Assembly (NCBI RefSeq): GCF_004010195.1
Contig: NC_057718.1
Coordinates: forward strand, 25,860,671-25,880,670
DNA length: 20,000 nt
Source: Chiloscyllium plagiosum
Taxonomy: Eukaryota
Reading direction: 5' to 3'
In this document: piece by piece, positions 10,644 through 20,000 of the stretch
How positions within the stretch are numbered: position 1 is the stretch's first letter
Layout: each line of letters starts with the position of its first letter
Translations under genes and position numbers: made by a program
Notes under the pieces: generated by a model
The model's input: the letters and a program-made list of their open reading frames with translations, nothing else
Databases searched by the model: none
What the model was told of the DNA's origin: nothing

Positions 10644-10842
10644 CACAGCAGGTCAGGCAGCATCTGAGGAGCAGGAAAATCGATGGTTTGGGCAAAAGCC
10701 CTTCATCAGGAATGTGGTCTTATTCCTGATGAAGGGCTTTTGCCTGAAACCTCAATTTTCCTGCTTCTCAGATGTTGCCTGACCTGCTGTGCTTTTCCAG
10801 CACCACTCTAATCTTGACTCTAATCTCCAGCACCTGTCATAC
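10644..10842. mobile_element. PLE pLTR-only insertion, inverted pair with hammerhead motifs
   Basis: 71-nt arms at 10643-10713 and 10722-10792 (7 mismatches by eye) with loop gtggtctt. Exact 11-bp TSD tactggttatg (10633-10643 / 10843-10853). The plus arm has CUGAUGA-A-GGGC(UUUU)GCCU-GAAA. Homologous to 2949-3060. Confidence 0.92.
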
Positions 10843-11573
10843 TACTGGTTATGATGTTTCCATGGAGATTTACGATGAGTGCACATGAAATGAGTAGTTG
10901 ATCCAAATGTGGATGTTTCCTGCCTCATGAGTTTCAGGTAACATTGCCTCTCCACTCTTTCTCAGTCCCAAGTTGAGGTTATTTTTCCAAAGAGGGATTC
11001 AATTTTGAAGAAAACCAAGAATACCTGCAATTATCCCATTTATATTTTCTGAACAGAACATGTAAGCATTCTTAATGTTGATATCTTTAATACAGTGAGG
11101 CTGGAAAGAAAAATGATAAAGGAAAAGAATCATTCTCAGTTGAAAGAGAAAATTGAATTTTGAAAGTAATCAGGTTCTCTTTAATGGTAACTGTTGAGGG
11201 AGGAAGGGTAGAAAGCAAATTACAAAGCAAATCTTCAGTCTAGAGCTTGAGTCTTGGGTGTGTTCTCATGACGGTCAAAGGGAGTGTTGTGAAGACAGAG
11301 GGCTTGACTTAGGAGTTTTGATACCAATTTTGGGTCCAGGGTGAAATGTGCCCTGGCTCACTTCACCTGGCCCAAACCAAATGGAAAAGTGGTGTGGCCT
11401 TCTGAAAAAGTCATCTTACATCCAAGCTGGAAAGAAACTGCAGGAAGAGGAAGTCCTGAGCCAGCCACTGATCCAAGTACTCTGTCATGTGCAGTATCCT
11501 GTCTTATTTGCAGTAAAACTCCTCTGGGTGCAGGTTGGCTGTAGCATCATCTGGGTACCAAATGAAAACTTAC

Positions 11574-11606
11574 TAGAATCCCCAGATGAAGACAGAGTCA
11601 TTTTCA
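11574..11606 (-). CDS. Candidate 33-nt symmetric (phase 1-1) exon of an unidentified host gene, VKMTLSSSGDS
   Basis: Acceptor cccctttcttgttcatctcttacag and donor gtaagt. If the donor is skipped, the frame continues to TGA at 11487-11485. Lies in non-repeat sequence. Confidence 0.4.
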
Positions 11607-12499
11607 CTGTAAGAGATGAACAAGAAAGGGGTGAGTAATGTGACTAAAAAGTGGAAGAGCTCCACGTGTTCACAAAATATAGTCTTCAGCAGTTCCTATC
11701 TGTATCACACCACTCAACAATGACCATCCGAAGGAAAGGAAGACAGGGCAAAGTACAAGGGACTAAAAAGGAAAAAAATAAACCAGAATTAGGGGGGGTA
11801 AGGGGGAAGTGAAAAAAAAAGAGAAAGAAGAGCAAGAGACACCGAAGCATAAAAGAAAGATCGCATTGTCTCCGACTTAATTTTCCAAACAGGCTGGTGT
11901 AATAATATCATGCCATGGATTTACAGTATGAAAAATGGCATCATGGGCACCTCCATAATCACAGAGAGCAAGACTCTTAGCTTCTTAATTAGAACGCAGT
12001 CTTGTAATTACCTGCATGTATTCAGTATTCTACGTATACACCATCTGAATCCCTACATTAACTTGCAAGTTCATAATCACTCCAGGTATTCATCTTTGTA
12101 TGCATAAACTATCTGATTAAGTTGCAACCTTGTAATTACTCCCAAATACCCATTTATAAATATGTGCCCCATAAGCCTCTTGATTAAATTTATATCTGAT
12201 GGCACACCACCCTTTTATCTCTGGAATCCAGGCTGCAAAGTAACCCAGATTGATGGCACAGATGACTCCACTCTGTAAGGGTTCAACAAAAATTGAATTT
12301 TGAGCAGCCTCAATCCAGTTCTGAAGCTGCTGTAGGTTTATAATATCAAACTGGCATCCTCAATCATATCGTTGTCATGTCAGATTTTTGATTCTGATGT
12401 AAGGTTTGTGCAGAACATAAATTCAATATGATAATTCTGGAACTGAGTCAAATTTTGTAGGACCAAAACAGAGAAATCAACTAAAATGTCAAATAAAAG

Positions 12500-12937
12500 T
12501 AACAGCTTGCATTTATATTGTACCTTTCATGACCTGAACAGATTCTTTACAGCCAATGAAATACTTCTGAAATGTAGCCACTGGTGTAATGTGTAAAACA
12601 CAACAGTTACTTGGCACTCAGCTAGCTTCCATCAGCAACAGTGGAATAAATGATTCACAGTAGCTTGCCTCGGATGTTGGCCAATGGATAAATATTGGGA
12701 CTGAGAAATATTATTGGTGCAGGCACTGGGGAGTGCTTGCCTGTTTGTCTCCAGTGATGCTGTATGGTTTTGTCTGTCCACACAAGAGGGAAGGCAGGGT
12801 CTCGGTTTAATATCTCTGAAAGATAATCTGAGCAGTCGCTCATTGAAGTGGCAGCCTGGTTGATATGTTCCCCAGTGGAACCTGAAACTATCTCTTCTGT
12901 TTCAGAGGTGAGGACGTTGCTACCGAGGCACAGCTAG
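12500..12937 (-). mobile_element. SacSINE1/AmnSINE1-like DeuSINE, decayed
   Basis: Minus strand has a tRNA-like head (agctgtgcctcggtagcaacgtcctcacctctg..ggttcc), a Deu-domain-like ttaaaccgagaccctgcc and ccaatatttatcc, and tail cattggctgtaaag..ataaatgcaag. Confidence 0.75.
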
Positions 12938-13234
12938 CTGTAGAGATACTGAAACTGGCATAATACCTCAAATACCAATGGACAAAACTTCCAAATTTAC
13001 ATGCAATTGCAAAACCAAACCATCCCTATCCTTTATCCCATGGATGCACACAAATCAACCTGAAACTATCTCTTCTGTTTCAGAGGTGAGGACGTTGCTA
13101 CCGAGGCACAGCTAGCTGTAGAGATACTGAAACTGGCATAATACCTCAAATACCAATGGACAAAACTTCCAAATTTACATGCAATTGCAAAACCAAACCA
13201 TCCCTATCCTTTATCCCATGGATGCACACAAATC
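12879..13234 (+). repeat. Perfect 178-bp tandem duplication (12879-13056, 13057-13234)
   Basis: The two adjacent copies are identical by eye. The unit covers the SINE head plus flanking unique DNA. Confidence 0.95.
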
Positions 13235-13254
13235 AGTATGCATATCTTCTTCTC

Positions 13255-14060
13255 TTTCCTTCTTAAGCAATCCTCTGGAATCAAGCATGTCCGACTTCCA
13301 TTCTGGATCATTGAGTTCTGAGAGACTCAAGCATATTCAATATGTGCCACATGCAGGGCATGTGTTCTGTTAGGCAGTTTGTTTTCTCTCTCTGACACCG
13401 TGACTTTACTTCTGTCTGTTCCTGACCAAGTCTTTTAATGTGTTCAGTGCCATATGGAATGAACTGTCTCCGTCTTGATCAGTCACAGGCTAGAGTTGGT
13501 CATGAGCTGATGGGCATGTTTGACCATTTGCAGCAGGGGTTTGAGGGCCTTCCTAAAACTCTTCCATCATCCTCCTGGGAGTCTCCTGCCTCACTCAAGT
13601 CCAGGTAAAGCAGTTCTTTCGGTTCCTTTTATCAGACATGCAAGACACATGCTTTGCTCAGCTGAGTTGAGAGATTAGCATCTTGATATGAGGCATATTG
13701 GCTTGGGAGGGCTCTTGCTGGTGCATTGACTTATTGCCAACAGATTTGCAGAATCTTGTGAAGGCACCACTGGTCATTTTGCTCTGGTTCTCTGTGGTGC
13801 CATTTGTGGATTGTCTGAGTGTTCAAAGTGTGGGGATCACAGCTTCCCAGTAAATCATTACTTTAATGTCAGGTTTGAAATTCTGGTCCTCAAATACCTT
13901 TTTCCTATGTTCGCTGAAAGCTGGAGGTGATCCTTTTAGAGGCAATGATGAATTGTTCTCATTGTCTGCCAAGGAGGCTCCAAAGGGATAAAAAATCATT
14001 TGGATTTTCCAGGCTCACGTCAATGGACTTTAATTGATACAGGGAGGTTTCGCGCCATGA
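13255..14060 (-). mobile_element. Decayed RTE-clade LINE 3' fragment
   Basis: Minus strand QLS*AKHVSCMSDKR..ELLY..GRRLPGG*WKSFRKALK (RTE motif QLRWAGHVxRM..GGQRKRFKD), a terminal CPACG zinc-finger remnant, and a ..gattgcttaagaag tail. Confidence 0.75.
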
Positions 14061-14065
14061 AGGTG

Positions 14066-14396
14066 ACCATAAGACCATAAGACATAGGAGCAGATATTAG
14101 GCCATTCAGCGGATTGACTGTGCTCCATCATTCAATAATGCCTGATAAGTTTCTCAACCCCATTCTCTCACTTTATCCCCATAACCCTTGATTCTCTTGC
14201 TAATCGAGAACCTATCGATCTCAGTCTTAAATATACTCAATGACCTGACCTCCACAGCTTTCTTTGGCAATGACTTCCATAGTTTTGCAACCCCCCTGGT
14301 AAAAGATGTTTCTCCTTAACTCCATTCTAAAAGCTCTTTCCTTTACTCTATGTCAATGCCCTCGGGTCCTAGTCTCTCCTACCAATGGAAACATCT
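14066..14396 (-). mobile_element. CR1 LINE 3' fragment
   Basis: Tail gaccataagaccataagacataggagcag..ggccattcagc, typical of shark CR1 3' ends. Confidence 0.8.
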
Positions 14397-14469
14397 CTGT
14401 TCAGAGGTTTAGTCTATATTCAATGGACCGAATGGCCTCTTTCTGTGTTGTAGGCAATCTTTGACAATT

Positions 14470-14573
14470 CATACCAGACTTGAAACATAAACTCTGTTTC
14501 TCTCTCTCCACTGCTGAGTTTCTCCAGCATTTTGTTTGTTTCAGATTTATAACATTTGCAGTATTTTGCCTTT
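14470..14573 (+). mobile_element. Old PLE pLTR fragment (hammerhead core lost)
   Basis: tgaaacataaactctgtttctctctc..ctgctgagtttctccagcatttt..cagattt..catttgcagt resembles the pLTR 3' half at 2973-3065. Confidence 0.55.
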
Positions 14574-14576
14574 ATT

Positions 14577-14920
14577 CTATTCATTCATGGGATGAGGCAC
14601 CATTGGCTCGGGCAGCAATGGCTGGGTAACATTTATTGCCTCTCCCTAATTACCCATAGGGGAATTAAAAGTCAACCGAATTGCTGTGGGTCTGGAGTCG
14701 CATGTAGGCCAGACCGGGTAAGGATGGCAGTTTCCTTCCCTAAAGGACATGAGTGAACCAGATGGGTTTTTCCCGACAATCGTTTGGACTCTTAATACAG
14801 ATTTTTACTGAATTCAAATTTCACCATCTGCCCTCGTGGGATTCAAACTCTGATCCCCAGAACATTGCTCGGGTCTCTGAATTAATGGTCCAGCAATAAT
14901 ACCACTGGGCCATCACCTCC
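14577..14920 (-). mobile_element. tRNA-derived shark SINE
   Basis: Minus-strand head ggaggtgatggcccagtggt (A box) and gagtttgaatccc (B box), tail cccatgaatgaat. Homologous to the plus-strand copy at 17131-17745. Confidence 0.8.
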
Positions 14921-15666
14921 ACTGTTATTTGACCCAAGTGCAGTTTCACATCAAATTGTGCAGAGGTGACAATTTACTGGGCTTTGAAACATATTTGACA
15001 TAAGTGGGAGAGCATATTTTTCATACTCATCACTGCCCATGCTCATTTATAATGACAAGGGCATCATGGAAATGTTATATTGGTCACTAAACTCCTTTCC
15101 TGAGATGAGCTATGTACTTAGAGACTATTACTTCAGTTGACACTGAGTGTAATGTAATGGACTCAAAGTATGCAGAGAATGGGTGTTGCTGTATTAACCA
15201 ATACTGCAATCAATTTTAAAAATACAGCCAGCAGTTCAGAGTTGGAGTAAAGATGAATAACATCGGTCTATTATTCTGAATGGAAGTTCATGAAATCTTT
15301 TTGATTAGATTTGCTCCCTTGTTATTTCTCCAAGGTAATCATGCTAAATATAAACCATCTTCTCTTTCAAATAAGTCATGATATTATCATTCTCAACTAT
15401 TCATTGATGCTATATTTTACCAGATGGGATTGTTTCTCCATAAGGCTATTCCTGTTAGGCATAAAAATTAAAATTGTCAGCTTCTTATAACTTTGAATTT
15501 TAGAAAGCCTTCAGGAAACACCATAATAAGCAGTCACATTGAGGTTCCGTTGATGTATCTCAGACTGAGCTCGACAGGTTTGATCTTTCTTTTCAATGGT
15601 TTTTGTCGTCTCTGCAAGCTTTTGCTTTCTGCATCAGTCTATTTTCTGCTTTTAAACAGCACTTAC

Positions 15667-15759
15667 ACATGAAGAAGGAAGGAGCTCTGCATCTGACTGC
15701 GGAAGCTATTGGCTCCACAAGATTTCTTTTCTCCCCTTTCTCCTTTTTCCCAAATTCTC
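15667..15759 (-). CDS. Weak candidate 93-nt symmetric exon (phase 1-1), GEFGKKEKGEKRNLVEPIASAVRCRAPSFFM
   Basis: Perfect donor gtaagt, acceptor ttctactag with a poor pyrimidine tract, and an open frame compatible in phase with the candidate exons at 18070 and 11606. Confidence 0.2.
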
Positions 15760-15894
15760 CTAGTAGAATGTCACTCTCAGATAAATGCTGGTGATCTCTA
15801 GCTCCTCACTCAAAGGGTTGTTTATCACGTATGAACCTGAGGATGAGTGGCAACAGTGTATTTAACTATGACTGAGAAAGCCATCACACTCACT

Positions 15895-16180
15895 CTGAGG
15901 AAGTCCAAAACCAGGGACTATAAAAATAAGGCAGTCCTAAATAAATTCATTTCGGCATTCAGAAGAAAATTGTGTTGAGAGTGTGGAAGTCACTGTCATC
16001 GGGAATACGTAAGGCAAAATATGTCGATATAGTTAAGGGGAAGCCAAATAAAGAAATGAGTGACATGGAAATGGAGACTTTTGAAAATGGGGTTGAACAA
16101 AGAATGGTGGCAGAAAAGCATAAACATTGGCATAGATTAGTTGGACCAAATGGCCTGTAATTATATCGTGCATTCTTTGT
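15895..16180 (+). mobile_element. Decayed CR1 LINE 3' end
   Basis: aaaaccagggac (TRG), gagagtgtggaagtcactg (RVWKSL, cf. WNSLP), and 3' UTR gcataaacattggcatagattagttggaccaaatggcctgt. Confidence 0.7.
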
Positions 16181-17130
16181 TACCCTGATGCAGATAAAAA
16201 AATCCTAAGAAATCATTGAATAACAACGAAAAACTATATACATGTGGAATTTTATTCTCTGTAGTCCTGAGTAGTCATGTGAACTGTGTCGGCCCATCTG
16301 CAATGCAGATTAAGACCACTATTTACCAAAGCACAAAGCTGGGACTTTGTTGGTGGGGAACAAAAATTTGTAACATGAGTTGTGATGAGGTACACTGAAA
16401 CTCCTGATCTCAATTCCCAAATTTATTGGTTCGGCAACAGAAGGAGAGCACATGACATAATTGGCAGAGCTGCAATAATATTATTCTGTTGTGGATCATG
16501 TTTGGTAGTATGAATTAATCATCATTAATATTAATTATACTTATGATAAATGTTTAGTGTCGAATTGACATATAATCCACTGCATGACAATGCACACTAG
16601 GCAATCGATTAGTATAGCATGCAAATGAAAACAGTCATGAACAGATGCAACACAGCCATCACATTAAAAACAAGGAACAATGGGCCAAGGCATAATTAGT
16701 AAAAATCATTGTTTCAGTTAGATTAATGAGGAGGGAGTGTAGCAACACTGTGGATCTCTGACTGACTCTGTCTGAATCATTCACAACAGTTAATGAACTC
16801 ACAATCCTCTCTGCATATGAGTGCAGCTGAACGGTCGTACAGGAGATAAAAGAAGTTGAGTGGAAGCAGGTGAAGAAAAATAAATATTATGTAGTAACAT
16901 AAAATAATTTGAAGACAGGGTACACAGTGGGTGAGGGTGGGAGGATAACAGCAGGAGCACTTTTCCAGGGCCCATACTAAAACTTTGGTTCACTGCCTAT
17001 CACATGCCTCACCCCTCAACTTGGCACCTCAGTGAGGAAGCCAGCTGACTTCTTGCCCTCCCACATCCAACAAATAGCAACAGAGTGGCTGCTGAAATGA
17101 GCTTCTGCCTCAGGCATCAATCGGTGGGAT

Positions 17131-17745
17131 GTCAATGGCGTAGTGATAATGTGGTTGGCTTAGTGACTCGGAGGCCTAGGGCAAAATTCTGGGAGCATCA
17201 GTTCAAATCCCAAAGTGGCAGATGATGAAGCTTGATTTCAGTAAAATATGGAATAAAGGGCTAGCCTATCGGTGACCATGTGACCACTGCCAACTGTTGT
17301 ATAAACCCATCTAGTTCATGTTAGATTAGATTACCTACAGTGTGAAAACAGGCCCTTCAGCCCAACAAGTCCACCGACCCTCTGACGAGCAACCCACCCA
17401 GACCCATCCCCCTACACTACAGGCAATTTAGCATGGCCAATTCACCTAACCTGCACATCTTCAGACTGTGGGAGGAAACCGGAGCACCTGGAGGAAACCC
17501 ACAATGTAACTCCAATGTAACTCCACACAGACAGTTGCTTGAGGTGGGATTTGAACCCAGGTCTCTGGCACTGTGAGGCAGCAGTGCTAACCACTATGCC
17601 ACCGTGCCACCAAGGGAAGGGAAATCCTCAGCCTGTCTGACTTACAGACTCACAGCAATCACTGTTCACTGCTCTCCAGGGCAATTATAGATCGCAATAA
17701 ATGTTGACCTAGCCAGTGACCCACATCCCAGGAATGAATTAAAAG
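17131..17745 (+). mobile_element. tRNA-derived shark SINE interrupted by an HE1 SINE
   Basis: A box tggcgtagtg and B box agttcaaatccc. The body continues on both sides of 17321-17611 and ends cccaggaatgaattaaaa. Same family as 14577-14920. Confidence 0.78.
17321..17611 (-). mobile_element. HE1-type V-SINE
   Basis: Minus strand ggtggcacggtggcatagtggttagcactgctgcctcacagtgccagagacctgggttcaaatccc, V-domain gggtttcctccaggtgctccggtttcctcccacagtc, and (AATCT)n tail. Internal 11-bp duplication at 17502-17523. Confidence 0.88.
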
Positions 17746-18069
17746 GAAGTCCACCATGACGCCCACTAAGGCCAATCTGAAGTTAAATTGTCTTGGCTTA
17801 CCCATCAAGGACAGAGAAATGCACACACTGGTATGAGCCATTACCTTCAGGAAAGAAAGGGAGAAAAAGATGAAGAGGTAGAAAATGTTACCATGCTAAC
17901 AAGATGAAAATCTCTTGTCGATTTAAGGTGACAGATGGATCGTCATCTACAATCCTGCTCAAATTATTTGGGCTAAGTATGGAAAAAGTGAGAAACCATT
18001 GACTACTCATCTGACCCAATTATTTTTCCCCTGACCACTCAGTGGTGGTCACTGTTTGGCCTACCTCAC

Positions 18070-18164
18070 CACATATAAATGAAAAGAGGGAGTTAAGTCC
18101 TGGCATGTTAACTGCTTTGCCAGGAGGAGGATTAGCAGCAGCTCCTGCGGCAGCAGTGGATGAC
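18070..18164 (-). CDS. Candidate 95-nt coding exon of an unidentified host gene, SSTAAAGAAANPPPGKAVNMPGLNSLFSFIC
   Basis: Acceptor tttattcctctccatccataatag and donor gtgagg (alternative gtaggc 5 nt downstream). GC-rich, codon-like island in AT-rich unique DNA. Ends in phase 1, matching the downstream candidates. Confidence 0.55.
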
Positions 18165-18269
18165 CTATTATGGATGGAGAGGAATAAAGCATTTGTTCAG
18201 TCATGGTCCAGATGTTGTGTAACATCACGGCTGATTTGTATCTCATTTCAATTTTTCCTTCCTCCCATG

Positions 18270-18700
18270 TTCCTTGAAATCCTTGACTAACAATCATCCA
18301 CAGCCTTTTTGAAGGAGATAGTTCCAGAGCTCTGATTCTTGCTCTATGCCATGTGAAAAAGTGCATCCTGATTGCCCATCAATGGCCGAACTTTAAATTT
18401 AAAATAGTGTTCCCTTGATTAAAATACCTCCATACCAAAGAAACTAATTATTCTGTATTTGTGCTCTCAAATCGCTACAATTCCTTGCTTAGATTAGAGT
18501 ATAAACCAGATTTGTGCAAATTGCTCCTTTGTCACATAAACCAAAAAGCCATGTTATAAACTTGTGAATCTGTCATGTACTTTTGTGGACAAGTGTCCAA
18601 AACAAAACACAATGCTCCAACTGGAGTACAACCAAAACTCCATAGAACTGAACTTTCTTTTTCATTTTTGCATCCTAATCCCTTGACATAAAGGACAACA
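18270..18700 (-). mobile_element. Ancient CR1 LINE fragment
   Basis: Decayed equivalents of the WNSLP region (~18320) and the LVRPHLEYCVQFW region (~18595-18640) on the minus strand. Confidence 0.55.
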
Positions 18701-18704
18701 CATT

Positions 18705-19590
18705 GCAACTGTCCATGTCCATGCTCTGCAAGACCTGCACAATGTTCAGCATTGAGCAGTTAAGTGTCAAGCAATATTTGGACCATTCAATGACTATTTT
18801 CATGCAGAGAGAATCTATCCCTCATTGTCATTCAATGGAATTGTAGTAACTTAATCCCCTAACATCAACATTCTGGATGTTATCATTGACAGGAAATGGA
18901 ACTAGACCAGCCATACATACAATGGCTATTAAAATTAGACCAGAGGCTGGGAATTTTGCAATGTGGCATTTACCTCCAGTCTTCCCAATGTCTGACCACC
19001 TTCTATAAGGCACAGACAGGTGTATGATGGTATATGTTGAAAAAGGTGGTGCTGGAAAAGCACAGTAGGTCAGGCAGCATCCAAGGAGCAGGAGACTCAA
19101 CATTATGGGCATAAGCCCTTCATCAGGAGGATTATGCCTGAAATGTCAACTCTCCTGCTCCTCGGATGCTGCCTGACCTGTTGTGCTTTTCCAGCGCCAC
19201 CATTTTTGACTCTGACTCTCCAGCATCTGCAGTCTTCACTTTCTACTAGTGTGATGGTATATATCCCATTTACTCAGATGGGTGCAGCTTCAACAACATC
19301 CTCGAATTCAACACCATTCAAGTCAAAGCAGCCTATTTAAATGGAGCCCCATTCACAACCTTTAAGCATTCACTGCCTCCATTACTGATGGAGTGATCAC
19401 ACTATGTACCATTTGCAGGCTACACTTCAGTACCTTACCATAGTTCTTTTTACAGTGTTTTCCAAACCCTCAACCTCTACCACCTCTACACTAGTGGAGC
19501 AAATGCATGGGAATGCCACTATCTGTAAGTTCCTGAGTCAGTCAAACCGTCCATCACTCTTCTCAACTTCAGTGGAAAGAAACCCAATCT
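18705..19590 (+). mobile_element. Decayed CR1-clade LINE ORF2 C-terminus, host of the 19036-19251 insertion
   Basis: Remnants LSFNGIVVT*SPNINILDVIIDRKWN*TSH, QRLGIL, LTTFYKAQ..VMVYIPFTQMGAASTT, TIQVKAAYL. The reading continues across the removed PLE insert. Confidence 0.78.
19036..19251. mobile_element. PLE pLTR-only insertion, inverted pair with decayed hammerhead
   Basis: ~75-nt arms at 19040-19114 and 19132-19207. Exact 11-bp TSD tgatggtatat (19025-19035 / 19252-19262). The minus arm has CUGAUGA-A-GGGC(UUAU)GCCC but GAAA is mutated to AUAA. Confidence 0.9.
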
Positions 19591-19594
19591 GTGC

Positions 19595-19794
19595 AACTTA
19601 ATCCTCATAAAGCAACTCACACATTCCATGTATGAATTCAGTAAACATCTTCTGAACCATTTCTAATCCATTTAAATCCTTCATTAAATATGGAAGTGAG
19701 AACTGTGCACTGTATTTGAGATTTGGTCTCACTAATTACCTGTGTAACAGAAGCACAACATCCATACAAATATGTTCAATACCTATCCTAATAA
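19595..19794 (-). mobile_element. Decayed CR1 LINE fragment
   Basis: Minus strand LVRPNLKYSAQFSLPYLMKDLNGLEMVQKMFT, the CR1 LVRPHLEYCVQFWSP..LE.VQ motif. Confidence 0.7.
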
Positions 19795-20000
19795 AAGATA
19801 GCCTCCAGGTGCAGGACCTGGAGTGTAGGGAGGTTAGGAACATGGCATCAATTTCAAAGGAGGGTGCCTGTAAACAGGAAAGTGGCTTGAAGTGTGTATA
19901 CTTCAATGCAAGAAGTATACGAAATAAGCAGCGTGGGTTGGTACCTGGGATTTCAATGTTGTGGCTATTACAGAGACATGGGTAGAACAGGGACAGGAAT
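19795..20000 (+). mobile_element. CR1 LINE ORF2 start (APE endonuclease N-terminus), frameshifted, continues past the window
   Basis: GLKCVYFNARSIRNK, then after a frameshift AWVGTWDFNVVAITETWVEQGQE. NARS and ITETW are APE motifs. Confidence 0.85.

Noticed and set aside
10643..10792. Long hairpins as pre-miRNA, DNA-transposon MITE TIRs or terminators
   Set aside because: The arms are homologous to the PLE pLTR at 2949-3060 and are asymmetric, with one arm running on to the pLTR end, so inverted PLE insertion explains them.
17545..17611. tRNA-like A/B-box sequences here and in other SINE heads
   Set aside because: They are SINE promoters continuous with SINE bodies, not tRNA genes.
1..20000. 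CRISPR array, operon or other prokaryotic system
   Set aside because: No regularly spaced repeats and no gene-dense coding. The content is vertebrate retroelements and intron-like DNA.

Overview
This is eukaryotic, repeat-rich vertebrate DNA, most likely from a cartilaginous fish (shark). The inference rests on an HE1-type V-SINE, a SacSINE1-like DeuSINE and shark-type CR1/RTE/Penelope repeats, all recognised from memory rather than by database search. No intact protein-coding gene is present, and most ORF-track entries are spurious or are pieces of decayed transposons. The window holds a decayed PIF/Harbinger (HARBI1-like) transposase, one truncated and rearranged Penelope-like element (RT, GIY-YIG C-terminus, pLTR with a minimal hammerhead ribozyme), many CR1/RTE LINE and SINE fragments, and candidate minus-strand exons of an unidentified host gene. 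The most notable pattern is a set of very short Penelope pLTR-only insertions from about three families. Three are head-to-head inverted hairpins carrying hammerhead motifs with 10-11 bp target-site duplications (TSDs), one is a 51-bp inverted micro-insertion, and one is a 31-34 bp pLTR tip flanked by a perfect 86-bp duplication.
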